Positions 16,545-26,608 of a DNA stretch of 37,789 nt are shown in pieces. The position numbers were made by a program, and so were the translations under genes. The stretch is taken from assembly GCA_045545255.1 (NCBI GenBank), contig JAZQAQ010000225.1, positions 1-37,789 on the forward strand. Direction: 5' to 3'. Position 1 is the first letter of the stretch. Each line of letters starts with the position of its first letter. Source of the DNA: Eubacteriales bacterium. GTDB lineage: Bacteria; Bacillota; Clostridia; Oscillospirales; QAKW01. The notes below the pieces were generated by a model that was given only the letters and a program-made list of their open reading frames with translations, ran no database searches and had not been told where the DNA came from.

Positions 16545-18949
16545 ACTTCTGCTCCTGTATCCTTCTTACCCGCTTTATGAGGCGGGCAGACGAAGGTCTT
16601 TCTTTTTTTATCCGAAATACCCAGTACGCCCTTCAGCACTTCATCGGCGTGGGCAACCGGAATAAATGTAATCCTCTCGCGCACAGCGGGATCTACTTTT
16701 TCAAGATCGGGCACATTATCCTTGGGGATATAAACCGTTGTAATGCCGTGCTTATATGCCGCCATAGATTTCTCCCGCAGCCCGCCGATGGGCAACACTC
16801 GACCGGTCAAGGTGATCTCGCCGGTCATCGCGATCTTATTACTTGCGGGGAGCTCGGTCAAGGCAGAGCACACCGCAGTCGCAATGGTAATACCCGCACT
16901 GGGTCCATCCTTAGGGACTGCGCCTTCGGGGAAATGAATGTGAAGATCTTTCGTTTTATAGAAATCATAGCTGACATTCATTCGGTCAGCCACACTGCGA
17001 AGATACGACACTGCCGTACGCGCGCTTTCTTTCATCACATCCCCCAGACTTCCCGTCAGTTCAAGCTTTCCGCTGCCTTCCAGCACCGAAACCTCAACAG
17101 TCAGCATTTCACCGCCAACCGCAGTCCAGGCAAGTCCGTTTACAATGCCGTAGCAATTCTCATCATAAAGGGGCTCATCCTTATATTTTTTGGGTCCCAG
17201 CAGATTTTCCAATTGCTGCACACCCACATTCATACTTTTCTGCCCGTTTTCCACAATCCTCAAAGCGGCCTTGCGCATAATCTTACCCACGCACCGCTCC
17301 AATTCACGGACACCGGATTCGCGGGTATAGCCATCGATCATCGTGCGAAGTGCAGCATCGTTAATCTTAACCTGAGCCGCCTTTAAGCCGTGCATCTTAC
17401 GCTGCTTGGGTACCAGATATTGCTTGGCAATATGAAATTTTTCTTCATCCAGATAAGAGGAAAGCTCAATAACCTCCATACGATCCAGCAAAGGACGAGG
17501 AATGGTATCCAGCGTATTTGCAGTCATCATAAAGAAGGCTTGAGAAAGGTCCAGAGGGACCTCAAGATAATGGTCCACATAGTTGCAGTTTTGCTCACTA
17601 TCCAAAACTTCAAGTAGGGCGGAAGCAGGATCTCCGCGCAGATCAGAGCACATTTTATCCACTTCATCCAGCAGAATCAGCGGATTGCTGCTGCCGGATT
17701 TAATGACCGCATCCGCGATCCGACCGGGCATCGCTCCGATATAGGTCTTGCGGTGACCGCGAATCTCCGCCTCATCGTGTACACCGCCGAGGCTGACACG
17801 CGCCAGCTTACGATTAGTCGCTGTAGCAATACTGCGAGCGATGGAAGTCTTACCGACGCCCGGAGGGCCGACCAAGCAAAGGATCTGCCCACCCACTGCA
17901 TTCAAAGAGCGAACAGCAAGAAACTCCAAGACGCGCGTTTTCACTTCGTCCAGACCATAATGATCCTGCTCCAGGATTTCACGAGCGGATTTAATGTCGA
18001 GATTCTCCTCGGTGTAAATACCGAAAGGAACCTCCAGTACCAGATCGAGATAATTCCGAATGACCGCGCCTTCGTGGGACATCGGAGGCATCTTTGCCAT
18101 CCGATCCACTTCTTTATTCAGTTTTTCCTTGATTTCGGCAGTGGTATTGAGATTTTCAATTTTATAGTAATAGCCGTCAATATCGTCGCCGTTTTCATTT
18201 TCGCCCAGCTCATCCTGAATCACCCGCATCTGCTCGTGGAGGTAGTAGTCACGCTGGTTCGCTTCGATAGATTCCCGCACACGTGCGTGGATTTCCTGCT
18301 CCATTTTCAGCACTTCAATCTCACGAACAAGAATTTCAAGCAAAGCTTCACAACGCTTAACAGGATCAAGTTGTTCCAAAAGTTCCTGTTTATGTTCGGG
18401 AGCAAAAAAGCATTGAGCAGTCATCAGATCTGCGCAACGACCCAGATCCTGCTCGGCAAAAAGCGCAGGCGAAAGCTCCTCGTTGATTTTGGGCAAGAGC
18501 GTCAGATAACTGCCGAACGTTTCTTTCAAGGTACGGAGTAATGCTTCTCGATTCGGCGCTTCGGCAGGTGCCTTAATCTCGGTAATGGGATAGACGATAC
18601 CGATAAACATTCGAGACTTTTTCTCAGCCTTTAATAAATCACCGCGCGAGAGACCGCGAACGGATACCCGTACCGCCCCTTCCCCGACTCGCACCACTTG
18701 AGTAATCTTCGCAATGGTCACCACTCCGCAAAGGTCGCGAGGCGAAGGATCGTCGATCGAAAAATCCTTTTGAGCAGCAATGATAACGATGCCATCGTTC
18801 TTGGAAGCTGCATCTACCGCGCTGATAGACATTTCACGCACCACATCAAAGGACATTGTGGTCCCCGGCATCACGACGATGCCGCGAGATGCGATCAGCG
18901 GATGCTGCTGTAATGTATGTTCATTTTCAAAAATATTGATTTCTGCCAT
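16535..18949 (-). CDS. lon: ATP-dependent Lon protease
   Basis: DHYGL, Walker [10 protein letters not shown], Walker B LLDEVDK, catalytic PKDGPSAG and GGLREK. Confidence 0.97.
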   Translation of the reverse strand: MAEINIFENEHTLQQHPLIASRGIVVMPGTTMSFDVVREMSISAVDAASKNDGIVIIAAQKDFSIDDPSPRDLCGVVTIAKITQVVRVGEGAVRVSVRGLSRGDLLKAEKKSRMFIGIVYPITEIKAPAEAPNREALLRTLKETFGSYLTLLPKINEELSPALFAEQDLGRCADLMTAQCFFAPEHKQELLEQLDPVKRCEALLEILVREIEVLKMEQEIHARVRESIEANQRDYYLHEQMRVIQDELGENENGDDIDGYYYKIENLNTTAEIKEKLNKEVDRMAKMPPMSHEGAVIRNYLDLVLEVPFGIYTEENLDIKSAREILEQDHYGLDEVKTRVLEFLAVRSLNAVGGQILCLVGPPGVGKTSIARSIATATNRKLARVSLGGVHDEAEIRGHRKTYIGAMPGRIADAVIKSGSSNPLILLDEVDKMCSDLRGDPASALLEVLDSEQNCNYVDHYLEVPLDLSQAFFMMTANTLDTIPRPLLDRMEVIELSSYLDEEKFHIAKQYLVPKQRKMHGLKAAQVKINDAALRTMIDGYTRESGVRELERCVGKIMRKAALRIVENGQKSMNVGVQQLENLLGPKKYKDEPLYDENCYGIVNGLAWTAVGGEMLTVEVSVLEGSGKLELTGSLGDVMKESARTAVSYLRSVADRMNVSYDFYKTKDLHIHFPEGAVPKDGPSAGITIATAVCSALTELPASNKIAMTGEITLTGRVLPIGGLREKSMAAYKHGITTVYIPKDNVPDLEKVDPAVRERITFIPVAHADEVLKGVLGISDKKRKTFVCPPHKAGKKDTGAEVWA

Positions 18950-18988
18950 AGTTTCTCCTAAAATTTTTGCTGTTGGATATTTGGATTA

Positions 18989-19017
18989 ATTATACTAAAT
19001 TTTATATTAATAATCAA
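18989..19017 (-). promoter_or_regulatory. Sigma-A promoter for the lon operon
   Basis: Minus strand TTGATT-17 nt-TATAAT. Confidence 0.7.
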
Positions 19018-19060
19018 GCCCTTTTCTTAAAAGCACTGTAAAGGAAGTGTGAACAAAATT

Positions 19061-19085
19061 AAAAGACCGCCGAAGCGGTCTTTTA
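19061..19085. terminator. Intrinsic terminator after the thuA-like gene
   Basis: AAAAGACCGC-CGAA-GCGGTCTTTT. Confidence 0.85.
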
Positions 19086-19090
19086 TAAAG

Positions 19091-19870
19091 TTATCTTAAT
19101 TCAAGGTATTCGCCGTCAGCACCGTTTAAGCGGATATCCTCCAGCGTTGTTGCGATCTTGGGTGCACCGATATAATCCCGCGTCGCAGTGGGTGCGCACC
19201 ATACCACCGCATTCTGAATAATTCTACGAACATAGGGATTTTGGAAAGCGCCATTGGTTTCGTGACCGGGCTGGAAGTAAAAGATCTTACCATAACCACG
19301 GGTATAGGTGATACCGCTGCGGAATACTTCCCCGATATCAAACCAGCCTTGAAAGACAACATCGTCGGGCTTGGCGATATCAAAGAACTCTCCGTAACAC
19401 TCCTCGATCCCCAATTCAAAATGTTCGGGAATCCCTGCGGCAATGGGGTGAGCAGGATTCACCGTAAAAATCCGCTCATACGCTTTATCTACCCATTTAA
19501 GGGAGCAGGTAGTACCGTTGATCTTTTTGAAAATCTTGGAATAGTGAGCCGAGTGAAGACCGATAAAGCCCATCCCCTGCATTATACGCGTATAGACGCG
19601 ATCAACAATCGCATCGTCCACATCCTTATGTCCGCAATGCGCCCACCAGATCAATACATCGGTATCATCAAGAATTTCTTGGGTCAAGCCGTGTTCCGGC
19701 TGATCTTGCCAAGCGGTACGGACCAGCACTTGATCTTCGCCAAGCTCGCGCACAATTTCAGCGACAGTTTCGTGCAACCCCTTGGGATGCGTATCAAACG
19801 CTTCTTGCTTGAATCTTTTAGATTCCGGATTCTCGTGTCTATACTCGTTCCAGACTGTAACTTTGATCAT
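19091..19870 (-). CDS. thuA: ThuA (trehalose utilisation) family protein
   Basis: MIKVTVWNEYRHE, PEHGL, TDVLIWWAH, LHSAHYSK, GEVFRSG, IFYFQPGHET. Start at ATG 19870, which follows a GAGGGGG RBS. Confidence 0.88.
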   Translation of the reverse strand: MIKVTVWNEYRHENPESKRFKQEAFDTHPKGLHETVAEIVRELGEDQVLVRTAWQDQPEHGLTQEILDDTDVLIWWAHCGHKDVDDAIVDRVYTRIMQGMGFIGLHSAHYSKIFKKINGTTCSLKWVDKAYERIFTVNPAHPIAAGIPEHFELGIEECYGEFFDIAKPDDVVFQGWFDIGEVFRSGITYTRGYGKIFYFQPGHETNGAFQNPYVRRIIQNAVVWCAPTATRDYIGAPKIATTLEDIRLNGADGEYLELR

Positions 19871-19907
19871 AGTAATCCCCCTCAATTCTTGCATTTCTTT
19901 GGAATCA

Positions 19908-19936
19908 ATTATACTATGAATTTTCGTTCATTGCAA
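19908..19936 (-). promoter_or_regulatory. Sigma-A promoter for thuA, inside the 3' end of the upstream ORF
   Basis: Minus strand TTGCAA-17 nt-TATAAT. Confidence 0.65.
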
Positions 19937-20640
19937 CGATTTTCCCCAAATTCGATAAAAAAGTGCGCCAGACGAAATGCACCTACACCATAATAAAGAC
20001 AAAGGATAATCCCTTCAATATGGTGGAATGCAGAGATCGCAACTCCGGACCAGACGGAGAGATACGGGTATTCTGCCATTGCGAAAGCGCCATCTCCCAA
20101 AGCGAGAAAAGCCGCAAATCCAAAAGGAATCAATAAGACCCCCAATGCCAACGGTGCCGCACGATAGTCTTTTCCGAGACTTAAGGGCTCTATAAGAGCC
20201 AAAAGATAAAAGATCAAAATATCCGCCCAACTCCCGACTGCCGGAAGACTCCTCTGCCATCGCATACCGGGTAATGTCGCGATCAGCATCACAATGAAAA
20301 CAACTAAAAATGCAGTCATCCACCAACCCGAAACTCGCTCGACCTCTTCTTTTGGTGCAGACACTGCAAATATTGCAACCGCCGGAAGCAAGCAAAGTAA
20401 CATCACCAACCCTTTTCCGCCAAAGACTCCGACACTGACTGTCAACCCAACAATAACAGCGGAGACTGTGGCAGTAAATCCATTGAAAAATCTATGGATT
20501 TTCATATGATTCAAGCGATAGAACACAACGCCTATCGGAATCAACAGAAGTACAGCAACAAAAGAAATATCGCGAAGGATAAACCAACCGAACGCTGCCG
20601 TTTCCGCCATCAAAAGCAGTGCACTACGGAATAATCTCAT
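19909..20640 (-). CDS. Short, divergent germinant receptor B-subunit-like membrane protein (GerAB/GerKB-like)
   Basis: Very hydrophobic. 'EEVERVS' and 'EYPYLSVWSGVAISAFHHIEGIILCLY' resemble GerAB-family segments. Third gene of a gerA-type operon; only 243 aa. Confidence 0.6.
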   Translation of the reverse strand: MRLFRSALLLMAETAAFGWFILRDISFVAVLLLIPIGVVFYRLNHMKIHRFFNGFTATVSAVIVGLTVSVGVFGGKGLVMLLCLLPAVAIFAVSAPKEEVERVSGWWMTAFLVVFIVMLIATLPGMRWQRSLPAVGSWADILIFYLLALIEPLSLGKDYRAAPLALGVLLIPFGFAAFLALGDGAFAMAEYPYLSVWSGVAISAFHHIEGIILCLYYGVGAFRLAHFFIEFGENRCNERKFIV

Positions 20641-21193
20641 ATTCCCCCTCCCCTCTTATCAAAACTCTGTTGCCTTTCCCGTTCATCAAATCACGAATCG
20701 TTTGTACTTTATTGAGAAGTTTTCCGCTTTTGGCAAGATCGGCAGAAAGTACTGCTCCCTCCCCGTCAAATATTTCACCTGCGTCCTGACCGAACGCAAA
20801 AAACACCGGCAGATCCATCTGATCATTTTTCAAAAGTTGATAATGTTCTATCGTCTTTTGAACCAAAAAGCTATGATTCTTACTGCTCAAAACTAAAACC
20901 GATGCATCGTTGACAAAAAGGTTCTCACCAACAGTCAGCCTTGCATTTTCTATGCACTCTTCGATCGAATTGCCTTCGGAAACTATAATTCTCCTGCTAC
21001 GACCGATCGGCTCATCCAAAGATGGATCATACAGTTCAAAGGTTGCTTTAAGTGTCCCATCCTCTTCATCCAATGCGAACCCCGCCACCTGCCCGATCGC
21101 ACGAAGATCGCGGCGCGGAATCGCAAAAGAGCCGCAGATCGCAAAAATCAGCAACACCATAATCGCCGCGTATTTTGAAATCAAAAGTTTCAT
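20624..21193 (-). CDS. Short germinant receptor C-subunit-like protein (Ger(x)C N-terminal part)
   Basis: RDLRAIGQVAGFALDEEDG...GNSIEECIENARLTVGENLFVNDASVLVL follows the Ger(x)C N-terminal pattern. ATGA overlap with the A subunit; only 189 aa. Confidence 0.7.
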   Translation of the reverse strand: MKLLISKYAAIMVLLIFAICGSFAIPRRDLRAIGQVAGFALDEEDGTLKATFELYDPSLDEPIGRSRRIIVSEGNSIEECIENARLTVGENLFVNDASVLVLSSKNHSFLVQKTIEHYQLLKNDQMDLPVFFAFGQDAGEIFDGEGAVLSADLAKSGKLLNKVQTIRDLMNGKGNRVLIRGEGEYEIIP

Positions 21194-22623
21194 TTTTGCC
21201 TCCTTTTATCCGCGGTAAAGCGATCCTGTCGCCACTTCATCCCCCAATAAGGCACGCGAAAAAACGTATCCTGATAGCCGCTTTTATGACCGAGGGTATA
21301 AAGGAACGGAACGCTCATTGAATGAATATTTGAAAGATGGAGAAGCATTGCCACAGCGGTAAGAGCAAGACCGGGCAGACCAAAAACAGCGCCCATCAGA
21401 ATAGATGCGAGCCGCAGATAAAACACCGGTCCTTTAAGGTCTTTTACCATCAAACCTGTTACCCCTGAAAAAGCAACAATAATTACCATCGGTGTAGACA
21501 CAATATTGCTGGTCACGGCAGCATCACCCAAAATCACAGCACCAACAATATTTAACGCAAGTCCAAGCCCTGCCGGCATACGCGTCCCTGTCTCACGCAA
21601 AATCTCAAAGGCGAAAAAGAGAAGAAGCATTTCCGTAACGGTCCGAATGGGAACTCCCTCGGATGAAGCTAAAACCGTATATAGCCAATGGACGGGCAGG
21701 ACACCCGGATCAAAATTCACCACCGCCAAATAAAACCCGGGCAAAAACGCAGCGATCAAGAATCCGAAGAATCGCAAAATGCGTCCGATATTGGCATAAA
21801 GATAGCTTTGATAGTAATCGTCAGGACTTTGAAATGCCTCTGCAAAAATATAAGGCAAGGTGATTGCGACGGGTGATCCGTCCAGAATAACTCCGATTCT
21901 TCCCTCCAGCAGCTTGGAGGCAAGCACATCCGGTCTGGAGGTTTTGCCGACTGTTTTAAAGATGGAATAAGGGCAGTCTCGTATCAGCTCTCCCAAAACA
22001 TTTCCGTCCGGAACGAAATCAATATTAACCGACTCCAAGCGTTTTTTCAATTTTTTTACCAATTCCGGACGGACAATTCCCTCAAGGTAGCAGATCACTA
22101 ATTTATTGTTGCATCGCTTTCCCACTGTCATAAATTCACTTTTCAAATTTGGGGTGGCAATCCGCTTCTTTAGTAATCCGAGATTTCCCATAATATTTTC
22201 ATTAAAACCGTCTTGAGGACCCAGCAAAGAGATCTCGGTCTCCGGAATATCATTTCCGCGCTTGGGCATCCCTTTTGTATCGATAATGATGCAGCGTGGC
22301 TCATCGCCGACCAACACAACGCAGTCTCCTGCACCAATCTGATTCATCGCCTTTTGAAGATCTTCCGATATTTCAACACTATGATTGCCGACACCGCCTG
22401 CAAGTGCACCGTCAATGGTAGGCTCAAAATCATTAACAGCAAGACTCAAAAGCACATCCCGATCAGTCACATCACTGTTTACCATCGCACCGGAAAGCAT
22501 TGCCGCAATTCGCAAGTTCGGATGATGGGAATTACGGATCATCTTGACTTTAAATGTATCGTCTCTGTCAAATGCATTCCGAAACAACTGAAGATTTGCT
22601 TCAAAATCCTTTTTAAATTCCAT
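21190..22623 (-). CDS. gerKA: Spore germination receptor A subunit (GerAA/GerKA family)
   Basis: GPQDGFNE, RPDVLASKLLEGR, DGSP, FQSPDDYY, EILRETGTRMP, IVGAVILGDAAV. Confidence 0.92.
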   Translation of the reverse strand: MEFKKDFEANLQLFRNAFDRDDTFKVKMIRNSHHPNLRIAAMLSGAMVNSDVTDRDVLLSLAVNDFEPTIDGALAGGVGNHSVEISEDLQKAMNQIGAGDCVVLVGDEPRCIIIDTKGMPKRGNDIPETEISLLGPQDGFNENIMGNLGLLKKRIATPNLKSEFMTVGKRCNNKLVICYLEGIVRPELVKKLKKRLESVNIDFVPDGNVLGELIRDCPYSIFKTVGKTSRPDVLASKLLEGRIGVILDGSPVAITLPYIFAEAFQSPDDYYQSYLYANIGRILRFFGFLIAAFLPGFYLAVVNFDPGVLPVHWLYTVLASSEGVPIRTVTEMLLLFFAFEILRETGTRMPAGLGLALNIVGAVILGDAAVTSNIVSTPMVIIVAFSGVTGLMVKDLKGPVFYLRLASILMGAVFGLPGLALTAVAMLLHLSNIHSMSVPFLYTLGHKSGYQDTFFRVPYWGMKWRQDRFTADKRRQK

Positions 22624-22644
22624 TATTTGTCACCCTTTCTGACT

Positions 22645-22674
22645 TATTATCGGCAGGAGAACAAAAAAATATCC
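22645..22674 (-). promoter_or_regulatory. Possible forespore sigma-F/G-type promoter for the ger operon
   Basis: Minus strand GGATA-15 nt-GCCGATAATA, compared with the GyATA-N15-GGnnAnAnT consensus. Confidence 0.4.
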
Positions 22675-22695
22675 CTCCGCATTTGCGGAGGGATA
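22663..22695 (-). terminator. Intrinsic terminator of the P-type ATPase gene
   Basis: TATCCCTCCGC-ATTT-GCGGAGGGATA, followed by 7 T on the minus strand. Confidence 0.88.
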
Positions 22696-22707
22696 CTGAA
22701 TATTAAA

Positions 22708-25389
22708 TTATTTGCCGTGCTTTTTGTCGATCATTCTGGAGAAGATCTTGATAATCTCAACAATGGGAATAATACAGATCGCCAGTGCCATAGCAATACC
22801 GTACTCGGTCATATCCAGATGAGCAAGATTGAAGGCTTTTGCAAGGAAATCCACTTCGATAACCAGAGTGGTCATCAGGAAAGAAAGAATTCCTGCGCCC
22901 CAGAGCCACATATTCTGGTTCTTCATCGTAAAGATGGAGCCGTGCAGAGAGCGCATATTGAAAGAATGGAAGATTTCAGCCATAGAAAGGGTCAGGAATG
23001 CCATACTGGTGCCAAGATCAGCGGCATTATAGAGACCGGCAGCAATAGCATCTGCGTGGTGCAGATCGGCCAGCCAATAACGACCTACGACATAAGATGC
23101 AAGAGTGATCAAGGTAACGAAGAAGCCCTGATAGCCTACCGCGAAGCCAAGACCGCCCGCAAAGATTCCTTCCTTTGAATCACGGGGAGCGCGCTTCATC
23201 ACACCGGCCTCCGGCTTTTCCATACCCAAAGCAAGGGCAGGGAAACAGTCGGTGATCAGGTTGATCCAGAGCAGATGAACGGGCTGGAAGATGGTCCACC
23301 CAAAGAGAGTGGCAAAAAAGATGGTCAGAACCTCGGAGAGGTTGGATGCCAGCAGGAACTGGATTGCCTTACGAATATTATCATAAATACGGCGACCCTC
23401 TGCAGCAGCAGAAACGATGGTAGCAAAGTTATCATCTGCCAGAATCATATCTGCCACATTCTTGGTAACATCCGTACCGGTAATACCCATACCGACACCG
23501 ATATCTGCATTCTTAATGGAAGGTGCATCGTTGACGCCGTCACCGGTCATAGCAGTAACCTTGCCCAGCTTACGCCAAGCGTTAACGATACGGGTCTTAT
23601 GCTCGGGCTGTACGCGGGCATAAACGGAATACTGAGTCACTTTGTTCTCAAATTCCTCATCGGAGATTTCATCCAGCTCAGCGCCGGTGATCGCCTGGTC
23701 TGCAGACTCAATAATGCCAAGCTGCATCGCAATAGCCACAGCGGTATCTCTATGGTCACCGGTAATCATAACCGCACGGATGCCTGCCTCGCGGCATTCG
23801 TCAATAGCGGGCTTGACTTCGGGACGAACCGGATCAATCATACCAACCAGACCGATAAAGCAAAGATCGCATTCAACAGTCGCAGGCTCATAAACAGCGG
23901 GTTCTGCATCCAGATTCTTGCGAGCGACGGAGAGTACACGCAGTGCCTTATCAGCCATCGCCTTATTAGCCGCGAGGATCTCTGCAGTAATTTCAGCCGT
24001 CATTTCAACTTCCTGACCGTTGATCAGAGCCTTGGTACATCTCTTGAGAACTTCATCGGGAGCACCCTTGGTAAACTGAATCAATGCACCTGCCTGATCC
24101 TTATGAACAGTGGACATCATCTTACGACCGGAATCGAAAGGTACCTCACCCACACGAACAAGCTCATTTTTCTGAACATTCTTATTCAAACCAAGCTTAT
24201 AGGCATAATTAACCAGAGCACATTCGGTAGGCTCACCAATTGCTTCGCCTGCTTCTTCATCCATCTCTGCATCAGAGCAAAGGGACATCGCATTAGCAAG
24301 AAGATTTTCATCTTCACCGTAATGCTCCACAACGGTCATTTTGTTTTGAGTCAAAGTACCCGTCTTATCAGAGCAGATGATCTGGGTACAGCCCAAAGTC
24401 TCAACAGCAGTCAGCTTGCGGATGATCGCATTTCTCTTGGACATATTGGTGACGCCAATGGAAAGCACAATGGTAACGACCGTCGCAAGACCTTCGGGAA
24501 TGGCTGCAACAGCCAAGGAAATTGCAATCATAAAGGTATCGAGCAAAACTTCACCGGAGAATTCCCCTGCCGCCAGAGCACGGAAGAGGTTTACACCAAA
24601 GATGATTACACAGATACCGATAACGAGATAGGTCAGAATCTTGCTCAAACCTGCAAGCTTCATCTGCAGGGGGGTCTTACCTTCCTCTGCTTGAGCGAGA
24701 GCATCGGCGATCTTACCCATTTCAGTATCCATACCGGTGCCGACTACAACAGCAGTACCGCGCCCATATACGACAGTGCTGCCCATAAAGACCATATTTT
24801 TACGATCACCCAATGCAACATCACCGTTTGCACCGGCAGCCAGTGCGCCGCTTTCCTTGGTTACGGGTACAGACTCACCCGTCAGAGCAGCTTCTTCGAT
24901 CTTCATACTGGCACACTTAATGATCCGTGCATCAGCAGGAACAGCGTCACCGGCTTCCAAAACAATAATATCACCGGGAACCAATTCTTCGCTACGCACG
25001 GTGATCTGATGCCCGTCACGAATCACTTTGGAAGTTGCTGCAGCGATTTCCTGCAACGCTTCAATTGCTTTTTCTGCTTTGCTCTCCTGAAAAACGCCCA
25101 AAATGGCATTGATCAGTACAACCGCCATAATGATAATTACGTCAGAGGGAAACTCCTTCTCCCAAACTGCCATAAAAGCAGAGATCAGCGCAGCAACGAT
25201 CAAAATAATAGTCATCGGCTCAGCCAACTGCTTCATAAAGCGGTGGAACATACTCTCTTTTTTACCCTCGGCCAATTTATTGGGGCCGACGGTTTCCAGA
25301 CGATGCTGTGCTTCCGCTGCAGATAAGCCCTCTTCCGAGCTGTTCTGCGCATCAAGAACCTCTTGTACTTCAGACAAATACTCTTTCAT
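22708..25389 (-). CDS. P-type II cation-transporting ATPase (Ca2+/Mn2+; YoaB/YloB-like)
   Basis: LTGES, AAIPEGL, CSDKTGTLT phosphorylation site, KGAP, MITGD, TGDGVNDAP, LWINLITD. Confidence 0.95.
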   Translation of the reverse strand: MKEYLSEVQEVLDAQNSSEEGLSAAEAQHRLETVGPNKLAEGKKESMFHRFMKQLAEPMTIILIVAALISAFMAVWEKEFPSDVIIIMAVVLINAILGVFQESKAEKAIEALQEIAAATSKVIRDGHQITVRSEELVPGDIIVLEAGDAVPADARIIKCASMKIEEAALTGESVPVTKESGALAAGANGDVALGDRKNMVFMGSTVVYGRGTAVVVGTGMDTEMGKIADALAQAEEGKTPLQMKLAGLSKILTYLVIGICVIIFGVNLFRALAAGEFSGEVLLDTFMIAISLAVAAIPEGLATVVTIVLSIGVTNMSKRNAIIRKLTAVETLGCTQIICSDKTGTLTQNKMTVVEHYGEDENLLANAMSLCSDAEMDEEAGEAIGEPTECALVNYAYKLGLNKNVQKNELVRVGEVPFDSGRKMMSTVHKDQAGALIQFTKGAPDEVLKRCTKALINGQEVEMTAEITAEILAANKAMADKALRVLSVARKNLDAEPAVYEPATVECDLCFIGLVGMIDPVRPEVKPAIDECREAGIRAVMITGDHRDTAVAIAMQLGIIESADQAITGAELDEISDEEFENKVTQYSVYARVQPEHKTRIVNAWRKLGKVTAMTGDGVNDAPSIKNADIGVGMGITGTDVTKNVADMILADDNFATIVSAAAEGRRIYDNIRKAIQFLLASNLSEVLTIFFATLFGWTIFQPVHLLWINLITDCFPALALGMEKPEAGVMKRAPRDSKEGIFAGGLGFAVGYQGFFVTLITLASYVVGRYWLADLHHADAIAAGLYNAADLGTSMAFLTLSMAEIFHSFNMRSLHGSIFTMKNQNMWLWGAGILSFLMTTLVIEVDFLAKAFNLAHLDMTEYGIAMALAICIIPIVEIIKIFSRMIDKKHGK

Positions 25390-25435
25390 TGTTTATCCTC
25401 CATAATATTTTAAGGATAGTTTGCACAGTTTTGTG

Positions 25436-25474
25436 ATAAAAAAAGACTTATCTGCCCTGAAAGCAGATAAGTCT
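25436..25474 (-). terminator. Riboswitch expression-platform terminator
   Basis: Minus strand AGACTTATCTGC-TTTCAGG-GCAGATAAGTCT followed by a T run. Its 5' arm is shared with the aptamer 3' end. Confidence 0.85.
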
Positions 25475-25560
25475 CGTCATTCCATATAAAGCCAGAAGAC
25501 GCTTCGCCTTCAAGATGTTGGCTTCATCACACAAAATTGTGTTGACTACTCCCTTAACTT
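25465..25560 (-). ncRNA. yybP-ykoY manganese-sensing riboswitch
   Basis: Minus strand TAAGGGAGTAGTC...GATGAAGCCAACATC...TGGCTTTAT...GACGAGACTTA carries the hallmark GGGAGUAG, CAACA loop and GAGAC elements. It lies between a promoter and a P-type ATPase. Confidence 0.88.
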
Positions 25561-25567
25561 GGTTAGT

Positions 25568-25596
25568 AGTTTAGCACATATTTCCGTTTTTGTCAA
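25568..25596 (-). promoter_or_regulatory. Sigma-A promoter for the riboswitch-ATPase transcript
   Basis: Minus strand TTGACA-17 nt-TAAACT with an extended TG; the -35 overlaps the upstream TGA stop. Confidence 0.75.
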
Positions 25597-26597
25597 TGTT
25601 TTTTCAAAAAAGCGATTAAATTTAACCAATCTTCGCGGCTAAAATAATGTTCACCGTTTCGGTATGAATAACCGACACGGCCTTCGTGCAACCGATCGCC
25701 GGGAATCGGCAGACGATCCTCACAAATCAAACCGGAATATACACAGTTCAAAAATTCCGAGTCAGGATCTGCCCATAAATCCTCTTTTGCGCTGGCAACG
25801 TGAACCAATCGCGGTGCAATGCAGGCTAAAAGAAAATGCTGATCAAAGGGCATCTCCTTTTCTTTATCGGCATAGTGACAATAATTTTTGCAGAACCAGA
25901 AAGGAAATTTATCGCAGATCTTGGCAACGGTTTCTCCACCCTTTCCGCGTGAAAGAGCGGCACCGGTACAGCCGGAGTCATTGGAATGACCGCAGCAGAA
26001 ACGCGCATCGGTGGCTGCTGCAAGCAGTGCGGTCTTACCCAGCCGAGAGTGACCTGCTACAATAGCGCGTGAATGATCCAGGCAATCGATGGTCTCAGCA
26101 AAATCCAATACACGTTGAGCCGCCCACGCCCACATCGCTATTTTTCCGGGATCGGAGGGCTGTCGATTCCCATCATCGAAGAGTACTCCGGCTAATCCGT
26201 CTGTGAAATCGCCGTCATCGGAGGTGATATCCTTATAACAAAAAGAAAACACTGCATAGCCGTGATCGATCAGCTCCTCGGTAGGCATATAACGATCGGG
26301 CACTTCGGGGCGAAAATTAATATGAATAAAGAACGGATGAGGCCCATTGGTAACGGGAAGCACATAGTTGATCGGAAAGGAAAATTCCTTTACACCGAAT
26401 CTCGCTGTCAGAATTGCTTGATTCCAAGTAGCTTTTCCGGCGCAAAAGCGCTTCAAAATATGTTCCTCCGTTGTCCACGTCAGAGTATCGGGCTTTGGCG
26501 GGAGATAACCGTATACCTCCCGTTGCAAAATCTCAATCATCTCATCCCGACTCTTCAAAGGTGGCAAATCACGTTCTTTTAATAAATCTTGCAGCAT
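25593..26597 (-). CDS. CE15 (glucuronoyl esterase-like) alpha/beta hydrolase, no signal peptide
   Basis: IAMWAWAAQRVLD, GHSRLGK nucleophile motif, SGCTG, FPFWF, DQHFLLACIAPR, DLWADP, C-terminal His (GEHYFSREDW). Confidence 0.85.
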   Translation of the reverse strand: MLQDLLKERDLPPLKSRDEMIEILQREVYGYLPPKPDTLTWTTEEHILKRFCAGKATWNQAILTARFGVKEFSFPINYVLPVTNGPHPFFIHINFRPEVPDRYMPTEELIDHGYAVFSFCYKDITSDDGDFTDGLAGVLFDDGNRQPSDPGKIAMWAWAAQRVLDFAETIDCLDHSRAIVAGHSRLGKTALLAAATDARFCCGHSNDSGCTGAALSRGKGGETVAKICDKFPFWFCKNYCHYADKEKEMPFDQHFLLACIAPRLVHVASAKEDLWADPDSEFLNCVYSGLICEDRLPIPGDRLHEGRVGYSYRNGEHYFSREDWLNLIAFLKKH

Positions 26598-26608
26598 TTG
26601 ATTTCTCC

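Noticed and set aside
22213-23178. 321-aa plus-strand ORF spanning gerKA and the ATPase
   Set aside because: It is antisense to two well-supported genes, crosses a terminator and has no motifs.
23275-25326. 683-aa plus-strand ORF antisense to the P-type ATPase
   Set aside because: Same antisense shadow effect; no protein motifs.
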